The notes below the pieces were generated by a model. The model had not been told where the DNA came from, made no database searches, and saw only the letters and a list, made by a program, of their open reading frames with translations. The position numbers were made by a program, and so were the translations under genes. Below are positions 9,146 to 17,792 of a stretch of 64,000 bases of DNA, in pieces; within the stretch, counting starts at the first letter, position 1; every line of letters begins with the position of its first letter. The stretch covers positions 32,001 to 96,000 of IMG/VR virus record IMGVR_UViG_3300020057_001232; one strand, 5' to 3'. The DNA comes from a virus.

Positions 9146-11260
9146 ATGACGACCTCTTATATTTCTCCAAACACTCTTAAGCCTGCACGGTTCGGTGAGA
9201 TTTACACCGACCGCAACATTAAGCTTGTCGGGCGAGCACGTTGGAATACGGGTACGAATCAGGTGCAAACCGATTCGCTTAGTATCCACACCACACCTAT
9301 CAACGGCGGCTCGGCAGCGGTTTCGGATATCCCCAACGGGACTTACAACCTATCTGCCATCGGCTCGTCCCTTTGGGCAAAGTTCAGGCGTACCTCAGGC
9401 TCGACGACGGTCGCTCTAATCGACATCGTAGAGTTCACCGTAGGTACGCAGCCGACGCCTAGAGAAGATTGGGTTCAAATTTTCTATCGCAGTGCGACGA
9501 CCACAATCGTCAGCATGTACGGTCACGTCATCGCTCCTGGTCCTGCTTACACCCGTATCGGTGTGCAGATGGGTAACGGCATCTATGACTTCATCGTTGG
9601 ACCCTCTGGCAGTCCTTATGCGACTCACAACGACATCCAAGCCGCTATCACTGATGCCGTAGACGGCAACCGGATCTTGATTCTCGAAGGTACCTACTCT
9701 GTAGCTACCGCTCAGAACCCTGCCGTAGATGCTACGGCAGCTATCTCATGGTCAGGCAAAAGCTTGACTTTGGAAGGTGAAGGCTTCAACACAGTGTTGG
9801 TCAACGGCGGTGCGATGACTCGTGCCTTCGCCGTGCAAAGCACTTCGGCGACACTGACAGCCGCACTTGGTAACGGTAGTCGCATCATCAATCTTACAGT
9901 CTCGGGTTTCACTCAAGGCGTAGCCTTTTTAGCTCAGACCTTCGGTATCCGCTATTGTAACGTAGATGTTTGGCAGATCAACAACGCCACCTACACTGAT
10001 CCAGTGGTTACTGGAACGGGCACTTCGGAGAACAACAAAGTACGGTTGCGGGTTCAAAGCGCTGCTCTCTCGCCGACGATCCTGACTCAAGAGTACAACC
10101 TTTCAAACTCTAGAGTTCGTGGGAACACCGACTACGACTTTCAAGCGAAGGTCAGAGTTGGCATTGCAAACAGCATCGGCAGGATTAAGCTCCCGGTCTA
10201 CACGACGACGACTCGAACGGCAGCGACGGGTCTTGAGGAAGGTGAAGTCTTTTGGGATACGACATCGAAAACGTTGGAAGTCAGAGATACGTCAACCTTT
10301 GTCAGCTTAGCTCCATTACCTATCGGAAGTATTATTTCCATGGGTGGCGTCTTTACCGCCGTCAACAACGGTGGTTCTTACGCTGAAGCGACGACATTTG
10401 TCGGCGTAACAATTCCGGCTAACTACAAGCTTTGTGATGGAACTCTCATCAACGAAACACGGTCACCTCTGAACACACGGTACATGCCGCTGCTTACAGA
10501 TGACAGGTTTTTGCAGGGTAACAGTGCTGGCGGTCTTTTCGCACCGACGAGTCCGACGTTTAACTTGTCGGATTTGAGCCACACTCACCCTCATCCACAC
10601 AGTCACCCTTTGGCGAGCCACACTCACCCTCATCCACACACGCACAACATGCCGCACGTCCACCCCGTCACAGGAACGTCGGGACCAACGAACTTGACCA
10701 TTACGGCAACGGCTGGACCTGCGGGAACACACAGTCACTCGTTCCCCCACAATCACCCCATTCCGTCTCACAGGCACCGTTGGATGTACCGAGTTTTCCG
10801 TGGTGACGGACACATCCAGTTCAACACTTGGAGTCCTTCAGGTGGTATCGGTGTTGTTGCCGGGAGTACCCCCTTTGCTGCCGATACCCCAACTGAAGGC
10901 TTAGCGGTCGCACCTAACCGAGGTAACCTCTTTGTTCACGATTTAGGAGCCAACACGGAAAGTGCAGGCAGTGGAAGTACAGGAAACCCAAGTAACCCCG
11001 CTACGATGGCTACGATGCCTGCTGGAGCACACACTCACACCGTCACCGTAACAGACACGCCGCACACCCACTCCGTTGGCTCTTACATAACAAACGCCTC
11101 GCCGACGACTGTTACTGCCGACGTAAACACGGCTGCAACTGGTGCGGCTCCTGGCTCAACGGGCACCGAGTCAGCTCCCCTCACAGGACCGTCTTTGCCG
11201 ACCACCTTCGACCGGCGTCCGCGCTACTTAGGTGTCCGCTACTACATGCGTATCTTTTAA
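9146..11260 (+). CDS. tail fibre protein (beta-helix-like region, collar domain, HxH-rich tip)
   Basis: IQAAITDA..G.RILILEGTY; collar-like LPIGSII...YKLCDG...MPLLTDDRFLQG; many HTH/HSH motifs; C-terminal RPRYLGVRYYMRIF. Confidence 0.85.
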   Translation: MTTSYISPNTLKPARFGEIYTDRNIKLVGRARWNTGTNQVQTDSLSIHTTPINGGSAAVSDIPNGTYNLSAIGSSLWAKFRRTSGSTTVALIDIVEFTVGTQPTPREDWVQIFYRSATTTIVSMYGHVIAPGPAYTRIGVQMGNGIYDFIVGPSGSPYATHNDIQAAITDAVDGNRILILEGTYSVATAQNPAVDATAAISWSGKSLTLEGEGFNTVLVNGGAMTRAFAVQSTSATLTAALGNGSRIINLTVSGFTQGVAFLAQTFGIRYCNVDVWQINNATYTDPVVTGTGTSENNKVRLRVQSAALSPTILTQEYNLSNSRVRGNTDYDFQAKVRVGIANSIGRIKLPVYTTTTRTAATGLEEGEVFWDTTSKTLEVRDTSTFVSLAPLPIGSIISMGGVFTAVNNGGSYAEATTFVGVTIPANYKLCDGTLINETRSPLNTRYMPLLTDDRFLQGNSAGGLFAPTSPTFNLSDLSHTHPHPHSHPLASHTHPHPHTHNMPHVHPVTGTSGPTNLTITATAGPAGTHSHSFPHNHPIPSHRHRWMYRVFRGDGHIQFNTWSPSGGIGVVAGSTPFAADTPTEGLAVAPNRGNLFVHDLGANTESAGSGSTGNPSNPATMATMPAGAHTHTVTVTDTPHTHSVGSYITNASPTTVTADVNTAATGAAPGSTGTESAPLTGPSLPTTFDRRPRYLGVRYYMRIF

Positions 11261-11283
11261 TACTATAGACGTATCTTCTAAAA

Positions 11284-11310
11284 GAAAAAGGCTCCTCTCG
11301 GAGCCTTTTC
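11284..11310 (+). terminator. intrinsic terminator
   Basis: AAAAGGCTCC-TCTC-GGAGCCTTTT hairpin after the tail fibre gene. Confidence 0.7.
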
Positions 11311-11453
11311 TGCCACTTCTTTTTTAGCTTAAAGCATTGGAAGCGTCTCAGTCGTGAAGCCACGGCACCTACCCCTTTGTCAAGACAGGGGTTGACAGGA
11401 TTTGCGAGATGATAGAAGATATTGGTCTCTCTATGAATGGTAAGGAGCTGCTG

Positions 11454-11696
11454 ATGACTACGGAAATCCAAGATAAAATTATCGTCTGCGTATCTGGTGA
11501 AGATATGCACATCGACTATAATGATTTCGGCTTGTCTTTTGACTCGACTGATGGTCAAGTATTGGAAGCAATTGCCCCACTAGTACAAGAGCGTTTCAGT
11601 GTTGATCTCGGACATCCTGGTTCATGGCTCTATAAAACACGTAAGGCAACGAACAGCCGAAATATTTACGTGATTCCGAACTCCACAGCGGGTTAA
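11454..11696 (+). CDS. small candidate ubiquitin-like protein ending in Gly
   Basis: 80 aa, AAGGAG RBS, beta-beta-alpha-beta pattern, C-terminus NIYVIPNSTAG*. Confidence 0.55.
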   Translation: MTTEIQDKIIVCVSGEDMHIDYNDFGLSFDSTDGQVLEAIAPLVQERFSVDLGHPGSWLYKTRKATNSRNIYVIPNSTAG

Positions 11697-11719
11697 ACCC
11701 CGACCGACTCCATCTTGGA

Positions 11720-11751
11720 GCCCCGCTGTCACCAAGACAGCGGGGTTTTTG
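11720..11751 (+). terminator. intrinsic terminator/attenuator between Ubl and TROVE-like genes
   Basis: CCCCGCTGTC-ACCAA-GACAGCGGGG followed by a T-tract. Confidence 0.7.
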
Positions 11752-11783
11752 TTATTAACGTTTGTTATCGGAGGTATACAGCC

Positions 11784-13415
11784 ATGACAGAACATAAGCT
11801 CGGCTACTTGAACGATCAAGACCGCCTAAAAATCTACAACACGCTTATCAGTGGTTGTATGCACCTTTGGAGTAAGAACAAACTTCAAGATGGTTCTACC
11901 ATTGATGTAAAAGGCAAAGACGGTAAGACGGTTAAGCAAAAGCTAGAAGACCGCCTTACACCTGTGCTCGAAAGCTTCTCGAAGCTTGCCGAGAGCGACC
12001 CTTTGTTTCTTGCCCACTTCACTAGCTATGCCGTGAAGAAGCTAGATGCGAAGGACTTACGTGTAGTTGCGACATTTGCTTCGACTCTTTCGGACGCAGA
12101 TGGGACGCCCTTTTCCCCTGGAAGCGAATTTAAGAAGCCCAACTGGCGTCTTATCGGGCAAGCAGCTTTCCAGACATTGGACCCTAAGCTTGCTCTACGT
12201 GTTGTGCAACTCGCAAACAGAAAAATGAAGTTCGGTATCAAAGCTGAAGCAACGCACTATTCTAAGTCGCTACGATCAGCAGTGAGGAAATACCTTCGTT
12301 ACCGTGAAGCAAACCCAAAGATGATCGAAGGAATTGTTCGGACAGGTCTCACGAAAACGTACCGTAACCTTTACCGTTGGGCTCGTATTCAGCCTTCGGC
12401 TGAAGCGGCTACGTTTCTTGCTTGGGAGCAGAAAGACGGCTCTGTGAAAGAGGCGGACTTTAAGCAGAACAAGCTTACGTTCGCAGGTTTGTCGGAAGTT
12501 GAAATTGCAGAGAAGATCCGTGCGGAGCGTTTGACGCCGCAGCGTGCTCTCGGTGCGCTCGGGGACAAGATCTCACCCGTTATCGCAGCAGCCGTTCTTG
12601 AGCAGGCTTCGGGCGACCAAGCCGTTATTTTGACAAACTTGTTTGAGGAGCAAGGTCTTCTTAAGAATGTGGAAGTGAAGAAGGTCTACGAAGAGAAGAT
12701 CAAGACGGCAAAAAACGCTTTGGACCGTGTGGATAGAATCAAAGCGGAGCTGTCTGAAGAAACTAAGACGGCGTTGAAGGACAGTAGAAGTGAGACAAGA
12801 AAGGCAAACATTGAAGACTTCGGTCGTGTGTTCGTCCACGTCGATACGTCGCCGTCGATGGCTAACGCTCTCGAAATTGCGAAAGAGTACGGAGCTACCA
12901 TTTCCGAGTTCGTTAAGAACCCAGAGCAGAACTTCTTTTGGGGCTCGTTTGACTCTGCGGGGAAGGTCTTCCCTAACCCACAAAAGTTTACGAAGGACGG
13001 CTTTAAGTTAGCTCTCTACGGGCAGAAAATTGGTGGCTACGGGACGGATTGTCTAGCTCTCTACAAGACAGCTCGTCAGAAAGGTTGTTCAGTTGACATC
13101 TACATCACGGACCAAGATCACAACGGCAAGCTTATCGGTATGACAATTGATGAATGCCGCAGAGAAGGTTTGACTGATCCGCAAGTCGCAGTGATCGTGG
13201 ACGTTCATGGTCGTCAAGACGGGATTCTAAAGCGTGAGCTAGAGAAGGCTGGTATTCCTGTTACCGTGCTTACGGCGAAAGAGCTTGGCGAAAGTGCGCT
13301 CGTAACGCAGGCGGTGAACGTAGCGATGAAGGGGCAGATCGCCGTCCTTGAAGAGATCCTCTCTACAGGGCTACTCGACTTGCCGAAGTGGTGGTACGCC
13401 GTTAAGAGTGCCTAA
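11784..13415 (+). CDS. Ro60/TROVE-like helical protein with C-terminal vWA domain
   Basis: N-terminal helical region (LAESDPLFLAHF) plus vWA MIDAS HVDTSPSM, GTD, ITDQD; about 540 aa, like Ro60/Rsr; GGAGG RBS. Confidence 0.65.
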   Translation: MTEHKLGYLNDQDRLKIYNTLISGCMHLWSKNKLQDGSTIDVKGKDGKTVKQKLEDRLTPVLESFSKLAESDPLFLAHFTSYAVKKLDAKDLRVVATFASTLSDADGTPFSPGSEFKKPNWRLIGQAAFQTLDPKLALRVVQLANRKMKFGIKAEATHYSKSLRSAVRKYLRYREANPKMIEGIVRTGLTKTYRNLYRWARIQPSAEAATFLAWEQKDGSVKEADFKQNKLTFAGLSEVEIAEKIRAERLTPQRALGALGDKISPVIAAAVLEQASGDQAVILTNLFEEQGLLKNVEVKKVYEEKIKTAKNALDRVDRIKAELSEETKTALKDSRSETRKANIEDFGRVFVHVDTSPSMANALEIAKEYGATISEFVKNPEQNFFWGSFDSAGKVFPNPQKFTKDGFKLALYGQKIGGYGTDCLALYKTARQKGCSVDIYITDQDHNGKLIGMTIDECRREGLTDPQVAVIVDVHGRQDGILKRELEKAGIPVTVLTAKELGESALVTQAVNVAMKGQIAVLEEILSTGLLDLPKWWYAVKSA

Positions 13416-13421
13416 GAACTG

Positions 13422-13454
13422 AGAAGGCTGTGTCATTGCACAGCCTTCTTTTTC
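13422..13454. terminator. bidirectional terminator
   Basis: AGAAGGCTGTG-TCATTG-CACAGCCTTCT plus T-tract between convergent genes. Confidence 0.7.
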
Positions 13455-13469
13455 AATTGTAGTTGCATA

Positions 13470-14027
13470 TCACTCTTCGTGCGGTAAAAATGGGGATTCG
13501 TTTTTAAACCATTCTAAGGTTTCGCCATCTTCTTCATCTGACTCTTCTAGGGTGAATGCTTGAGAAAAGTCGATGCTCTCGTGCTCGGATAGTGAAGTCC
13601 ACCCATGCCCATCCCACACTTCTAAATTCCTCGCTGGAATACCCTTAGTGAGAAACCAAGCTTTACTGCCGCCTGCGTCTTTCGTTCCTAGCTCGTCCTC
13701 TTTTAGATCTTCTTTTTTAACTTTGGACGTACTCACGACAACGGGTACGTACAGATCTGTTAGGGGGTGGTCTGAGTTGTGGTTAGCGAAGTCTTCAGCT
13801 TTAGACATCCAAAAACGAACGCCATCAAAGTCTGTTAAAAACACTTTGCCTTTGGCGTGGAAGTCATAGCTAGGACTACCGATGGATCGGGTAGAGTTAG
13901 GCTTTAAGCCGTGCTGAGCAATGCTTTCAAGCCGGTTGGCGTAGGTGACGTGATACACCAAGATCTCGTCTTTTAGATCAGAAAGAACTTTGTACTTTCG
14001 GTAAACGTCTTTTGCTAAATTTCTCAT
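13470..14027 (-). CDS. ADP-ribosyltransferase fold protein (KptA/Tpt1 NAD-binding domain-like)
   Basis: YHVT....LESIAQHGLKP, VFLT, WFLTKGIP. Confidence 0.65.
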   Translation of the reverse strand: MRNLAKDVYRKYKVLSDLKDEILVYHVTYANRLESIAQHGLKPNSTRSIGSPSYDFHAKGKVFLTDFDGVRFWMSKAEDFANHNSDHPLTDLYVPVVVSTSKVKKEDLKEDELGTKDAGGSKAWFLTKGIPARNLEVWDGHGWTSLSEHESIDFSQAFTLEESDEEDGETLEWFKNESPFLPHEE

Positions 14028-14047
14028 GCAGAGAATCTTTTCTGACC

Positions 14048-14878
14048 TTAGCTCTTATCGTCAACCATGCGGACTTTATGGACAGTAGGTTTGTCTTTCG
14101 GACCTTTTGTGTGGTCCATAACCCACGTCCAGTTGGTGATGCAGTAAGTTCCTTCCCGGTCTTTGCCTAGCTTGTCGGTACCGATAGACCGCCAATGACC
14201 TCTGACCGAGAAGCGGTGGCTGAAGTCGATGGTGCGTCCTAAAGCTTCGTACTCTCGCACTTCGGACTTTGGGCAGACGTGGATAATGCGACGGACTGTG
14301 TGAAAGCGCTTGCCTTGACCAGTACCAATTTTGATCTTTTCCCTGACCTTCTCGACGCCATCACGTTCCCGCTCAAGACGCTTGAAGATGTTTTGAGTCA
14401 GAAGTCCGAACGTGTTCGTATTGATGACCATGATGGTCGGAGCGGAGTTCTCATGCACGATCTCCATTAAAGCATAGTAACAATACTTCTTCGGCTCGAT
14501 CTCCCATACCATCACACAGAGCGTGTTAGCGGGCGTTTCTCCAGGTCTAGCTACAGTGATTTTTCCGCCGAGAATTTCGTAAGAGAAGACGGGGAAAGGT
14601 GCGTCTATCTCAGGGTAAATCAAAGTGTTGCACTGCTCGCAGGTTGTACTTCCGTCTGCGTTGATGGTGGCAGTATGGGACTTGTGCGCTTCAGCCGTTT
14701 CTGGTAGCCATCGCGGCTCGTCGTGCTTAGGCGTAAAGACAAAAACTTCGCACCGCTCGACTTGTTTCCAGAAGTGCTCTTCTAATGTGTTCTGTCCTAA
14801 AGGCTTAGACTTCTCGCTGTCTACGTAGCGAACGCCTTGCTTCTTTACGACTTCGATCATTTGTTTGAAATATTTCAT
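14048..14878 (-). CDS. hypothetical phage protein (C-terminal VRGHWR motif)
   Basis: HRFSVRGHWR...WV..HTKG. Confidence 0.6.
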   Translation of the reverse strand: MKYFKQMIEVVKKQGVRYVDSEKSKPLGQNTLEEHFWKQVERCEVFVFTPKHDEPRWLPETAEAHKSHTATINADGSTTCEQCNTLIYPEIDAPFPVFSYEILGGKITVARPGETPANTLCVMVWEIEPKKYCYYALMEIVHENSAPTIMVINTNTFGLLTQNIFKRLERERDGVEKVREKIKIGTGQGKRFHTVRRIIHVCPKSEVREYEALGRTIDFSHRFSVRGHWRSIGTDKLGKDREGTYCITNWTWVMDHTKGPKDKPTVHKVRMVDDKS

Positions 14879-14886
14879 AGCACTCC

Positions 14887-15339
14887 TCAGTCTTCGTAAT
14901 CGTCAAGGTTCCAATTCTGAGGCGGCGTCCAGCCATGCTCTTGCGCCGTTTTTGCCCACTGAGGGTAGACGGGCTTCTTGCCGAGAACGTGACGGATGCG
15001 GTTTTTAGAGTCTTCTGTTTCAGCCACCTCAACCAAATTCAGCTCGTTGATGAGGATCATGATGCTGTTGTGGGAATTACTCATGTAGCACCGACCGAGG
15101 GCGTCGATGGCGTACACTGTGGGAAGTTCCCACCCTATGTGTTTGAGTTCTCCGTGTGTACGTAAAGGCAACACAGGAACTTCGCTATCGTCGTTGACGG
15201 CAAATTCTAGGTCGGAGTCGTTTTGTACCGAAAACCTAAACTGGTTGCGAACGATGTCACCTTCAAGGTTTTCCGCCGTGTACCGGCGCATTGCCTTGAA
15301 TCCTTCTGGTGCTTTGTAGTGGGGGTCAAAAACAATCAT
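14887..15339 (-). CDS. hypothetical protein
   Basis: ORF with AGGAGG RBS in a co-oriented block. Confidence 0.55.
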   Translation of the reverse strand: MIVFDPHYKAPEGFKAMRRYTAENLEGDIVRNQFRFSVQNDSDLEFAVNDDSEVPVLPLRTHGELKHIGWELPTVYAIDALGRCYMSNSHNSIMILINELNLVEVAETEDSKNRIRHVLGKKPVYPQWAKTAQEHGWTPPQNWNLDDYED

Positions 15340-15340
15340 G

Positions 15341-15544
15341 TCAAACCTCCTTCACACTGTAAGCTTTGCACTTTTTGCACCGTATTGATTTCACTGTGGC
15401 GTCAGCCCTCAGACAACCCCACCAGCCGGAAGGTGTGCAGACAGGACGAAGTGCGCCGTCATGAAAAGTCAGCACATGCATCCGGTTAGTACGGATTGCC
15501 GTCCCTGCCGAGTCTTTGTGCTTACTGCCTAATACGAGCTTCAT
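15341..15544 (-). CDS. small Cys-containing hypothetical protein
   Basis: H...C...CKKC. Confidence 0.5.
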   Translation of the reverse strand: MKLVLGSKHKDSAGTAIRTNRMHVLTFHDGALRPVCTPSGWWGCLRADATVKSIRCKKCKAYSVKEV

Positions 15545-15561
15545 ATTGTCCCCTGTATCAA

Positions 15562-15590
15562 GCGAGACGAAGCAGGGCTTCGTCTCGCCG
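15562..15590 (-). terminator. hairpin / probable terminator
   Basis: GCGAGACGAAG-CAGGG-CTTCGTCTCGC inverted repeat. Confidence 0.55.
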
Positions 15591-15598
15591 TCTGCTTC

Positions 15599-16552
15599 TT
15601 AGAGATTGTTGAAGGCATCGGTCAAGTTAAAGGTCGCCTTCTTGCCTGCCGTCACCAATGCTTTTTCCATAGCATTGAGGCGGTCTTCGAGTTCTGCCGT
15701 GCGACCGGACAAGTCCGCTTGATAAGCACGAACACGGGCACGGAGGTTTTTGGCTTCGACTTCACGGTTGTCGATTTTGGCTTTGCTGTCTTCGTTGTCG
15801 TGAAATTTTTTACGAGCACCTTTGTCCATTTTGATGACTTCTTGACGGAAGGTTTCGAGACGGCTGTTCATCTCTTCATAGACGGCATCTTGAACCGCTT
15901 CGTTCGTTGACGGTTCGTTGTAAGCGGGCACGGCATAGACTCGGCAAGTGTCGCCAGGCAAGATGTTGGCGATAGCTTCAAGCTTCTTAATTTGGTCCGT
16001 GTGGTGGTCAGGCACGTAATAGATACCGCTACCACTCTTGTAGGGAACGCCGAAGCATTCGGTGTCGATGACAGCCCGCAGCAGCGCTCCGATTTCGGCA
16101 CTGTCGGAGGTCTTCTGCATACGGCGGTAAGTGTCCAAGATGGAAGCGTTGAACGGTGATTCTGCGCCGAAGGTCACAACGCCGGAGCCTTTTTGCAGGG
16201 TGACGATCACTTCTTTGGTGATGTCATAGTCAGGCACGCCGTCCTGCTTTTCGTACACAGGAAGGATGACGGCGACGACCATGCGCTCTTTCACATCTTC
16301 GAGGCGGCGATAGAAACGCTCGCCTTCGTCTTTCTTAAGAACCTTACGGAGAGCCCGCAGCAAGCTTGCTTTGTAGTCGTTGCGCTTCATGAGGTCAACG
16401 AACGTGCGGGGCGTCTTCGAGTTCGTCTTCTGACCGGGTGCTTGGGCTTGTGCGAGTTTGCCGAGAGCTGCGAGGTGCTTCTCGACGGTGGCACGATCAA
16501 GCTCGGTGTTGCTTTTGATGGTCCAGTGGACGAGTTTGCCTTTGAGTTGCAT
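15599..16552 (-). CDS. hypothetical protein co-transcribed with the MoxR-type AAA ATPase
   Basis: GKLVHWTI...GSGIYYVP, coiled-coil C-terminus; GAGGAG RBS. Confidence 0.6.
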   Translation of the reverse strand: MQLKGKLVHWTIKSNTELDRATVEKHLAALGKLAQAQAPGQKTNSKTPRTFVDLMKRNDYKASLLRALRKVLKKDEGERFYRRLEDVKERMVVAVILPVYEKQDGVPDYDITKEVIVTLQKGSGVVTFGAESPFNASILDTYRRMQKTSDSAEIGALLRAVIDTECFGVPYKSGSGIYYVPDHHTDQIKKLEAIANILPGDTCRVYAVPAYNEPSTNEAVQDAVYEEMNSRLETFRQEVIKMDKGARKKFHDNEDSKAKIDNREVEAKNLRARVRAYQADLSGRTAELEDRLNAMEKALVTAGKKATFNLTDAFNNL

Positions 16553-16576
16553 GATAGTCTCCTCAGTGTTTATAAA

Positions 16577-17611
16577 TTAAAATTCGATTTTTTCTTCTTC
16601 TTTGGTTTTGCCGAGCAGTACCCGCTCCAAGATGCCTTTGACGACGGCTTGGCTTTCTTCGTCGATCCGGCTCAGGAGAATGGAGTCAGCACTCGTCAGA
16701 AGGATGTCGTTGGTATCTTTCGCCGTCAAAGTGCCCTTCTTACGTTTGCTCCTATCGACGTGGCGAAGTAGCATTTGAACCCAATCCTCAAGCTGACGAA
16801 GACCCATTGGTTCAGGCAACTCTTGGCGGAAGAAGCCTTGACGGATGAGGTTTGCGACTTTGACCATCTCCTCTGCGAGCTGCGGCGTGGCTTTCATCCG
16901 TGGGTAACGCTCTGTCAACACGTTTTGCTCGGTGAGCGACGGCAAGTAATCGACGATGTAGATCCGAGCCCGTGTAAGCGTTGCGTAGTTCATCAACTGA
17001 GCACCGGGGTACAGGTGGCGGAAGCTGCTCATTGCACCGACCGTGTTGGCAGTGGCGATGATGCGGAAGTTTTCGTGGGCGACAAGATACTCGTGCCCTT
17101 TCTCTTTCAGCATGAGCTTACGGCGTGGCGAATGCGACTGAACAGGCTCCAAAACATCGTTGAAGGCTGCGAGGATACCGGGATTCACCATGTCGATTTC
17201 GTCGATGATGAGCCACCACCCCTCCCGCATAGCTTTAGGGAGAATGCCGTCCGTCCAAACGGTAGAGCCGTTCATGACAGTGTAACAACCAACAAGCTCG
17301 CTTACGGTCAACGTCTCACCGGCAGGGGCAGCGATGCAGGGTTGGTTGATCCTAGCAGCGATCTGCTTAGCGATGGAGGTCTTGCCCGTACCGGCGTGAC
17401 CGGAAAGGATAACGAAGCGGTCTTCTTTGATGTCAGAAGCAATGTCGAACGTCTTCGGGTGCCATTGGTAAGCAGGGTTGATAGAGGGGACGTTCAAAAG
17501 AGAGTCTCCCGTAGGAGCCCTAACCTCAAACGATACCTCTTCGATCTCGACGTGCATAGCCGGTGCCTGGGTCTCTGTCTTGCGTTGTACGTTGACTTTA
17601 CTTTGTGCCAT
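16577..17611 (-). CDS. MoxR/CbbQ/CobS-type AAA+ ATPase
   Basis: Walker A GHAGTGKT, WTDGILPKAM, Walker B IIDEID, FRIIATANT. Confidence 0.9.
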   Translation of the reverse strand: MAQSKVNVQRKTETQAPAMHVEIEEVSFEVRAPTGDSLLNVPSINPAYQWHPKTFDIASDIKEDRFVILSGHAGTGKTSIAKQIAARINQPCIAAPAGETLTVSELVGCYTVMNGSTVWTDGILPKAMREGWWLIIDEIDMVNPGILAAFNDVLEPVQSHSPRRKLMLKEKGHEYLVAHENFRIIATANTVGAMSSFRHLYPGAQLMNYATLTRARIYIVDYLPSLTEQNVLTERYPRMKATPQLAEEMVKVANLIRQGFFRQELPEPMGLRQLEDWVQMLLRHVDRSKRKKGTLTAKDTNDILLTSADSILLSRIDEESQAVVKGILERVLLGKTKEEEKIEF

Positions 17612-17637
17612 GTCGTTTCGCCCCCCTGTTACTCTTC

Positions 17638-17664
17638 TCTTCGGCATCCGGTGGCAAACCTTTA
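17638..17664 (-). promoter_or_regulatory. sigma-28-type promoter for the AAA operon
   Basis: Minus strand TAAAGGTT-N11-GCCGAAGA (TAAA-N15-GCCGA). Confidence 0.6.
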
Positions 17665-17710
17665 GGAGGAAAATGCAAAGTACACAAGTGTTTTTATTTA
17701 AGTCCTTGAA

Positions 17711-17723
17711 AATCAAAGGGTTA
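17711..17723 (+). promoter_or_regulatory. IHF-like binding site in the divergent promoter region
   Basis: AATCAAAGGGTTA fits WATCAANNNNTTR; an inverted near-copy lies just upstream. Confidence 0.5.
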
Positions 17724-17792
17724 TAAGAAATAACTTTATTTATTTAAATATCTAGCCGATAAGACCCCTAGTCAGCAAGAAGGAGTCATTGA

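Noticed and set aside
16193-17665. Plus-strand ORFs 16193..16771 and 16775..17665
   Set aside because: Antisense to genes with clear motifs and RBSs
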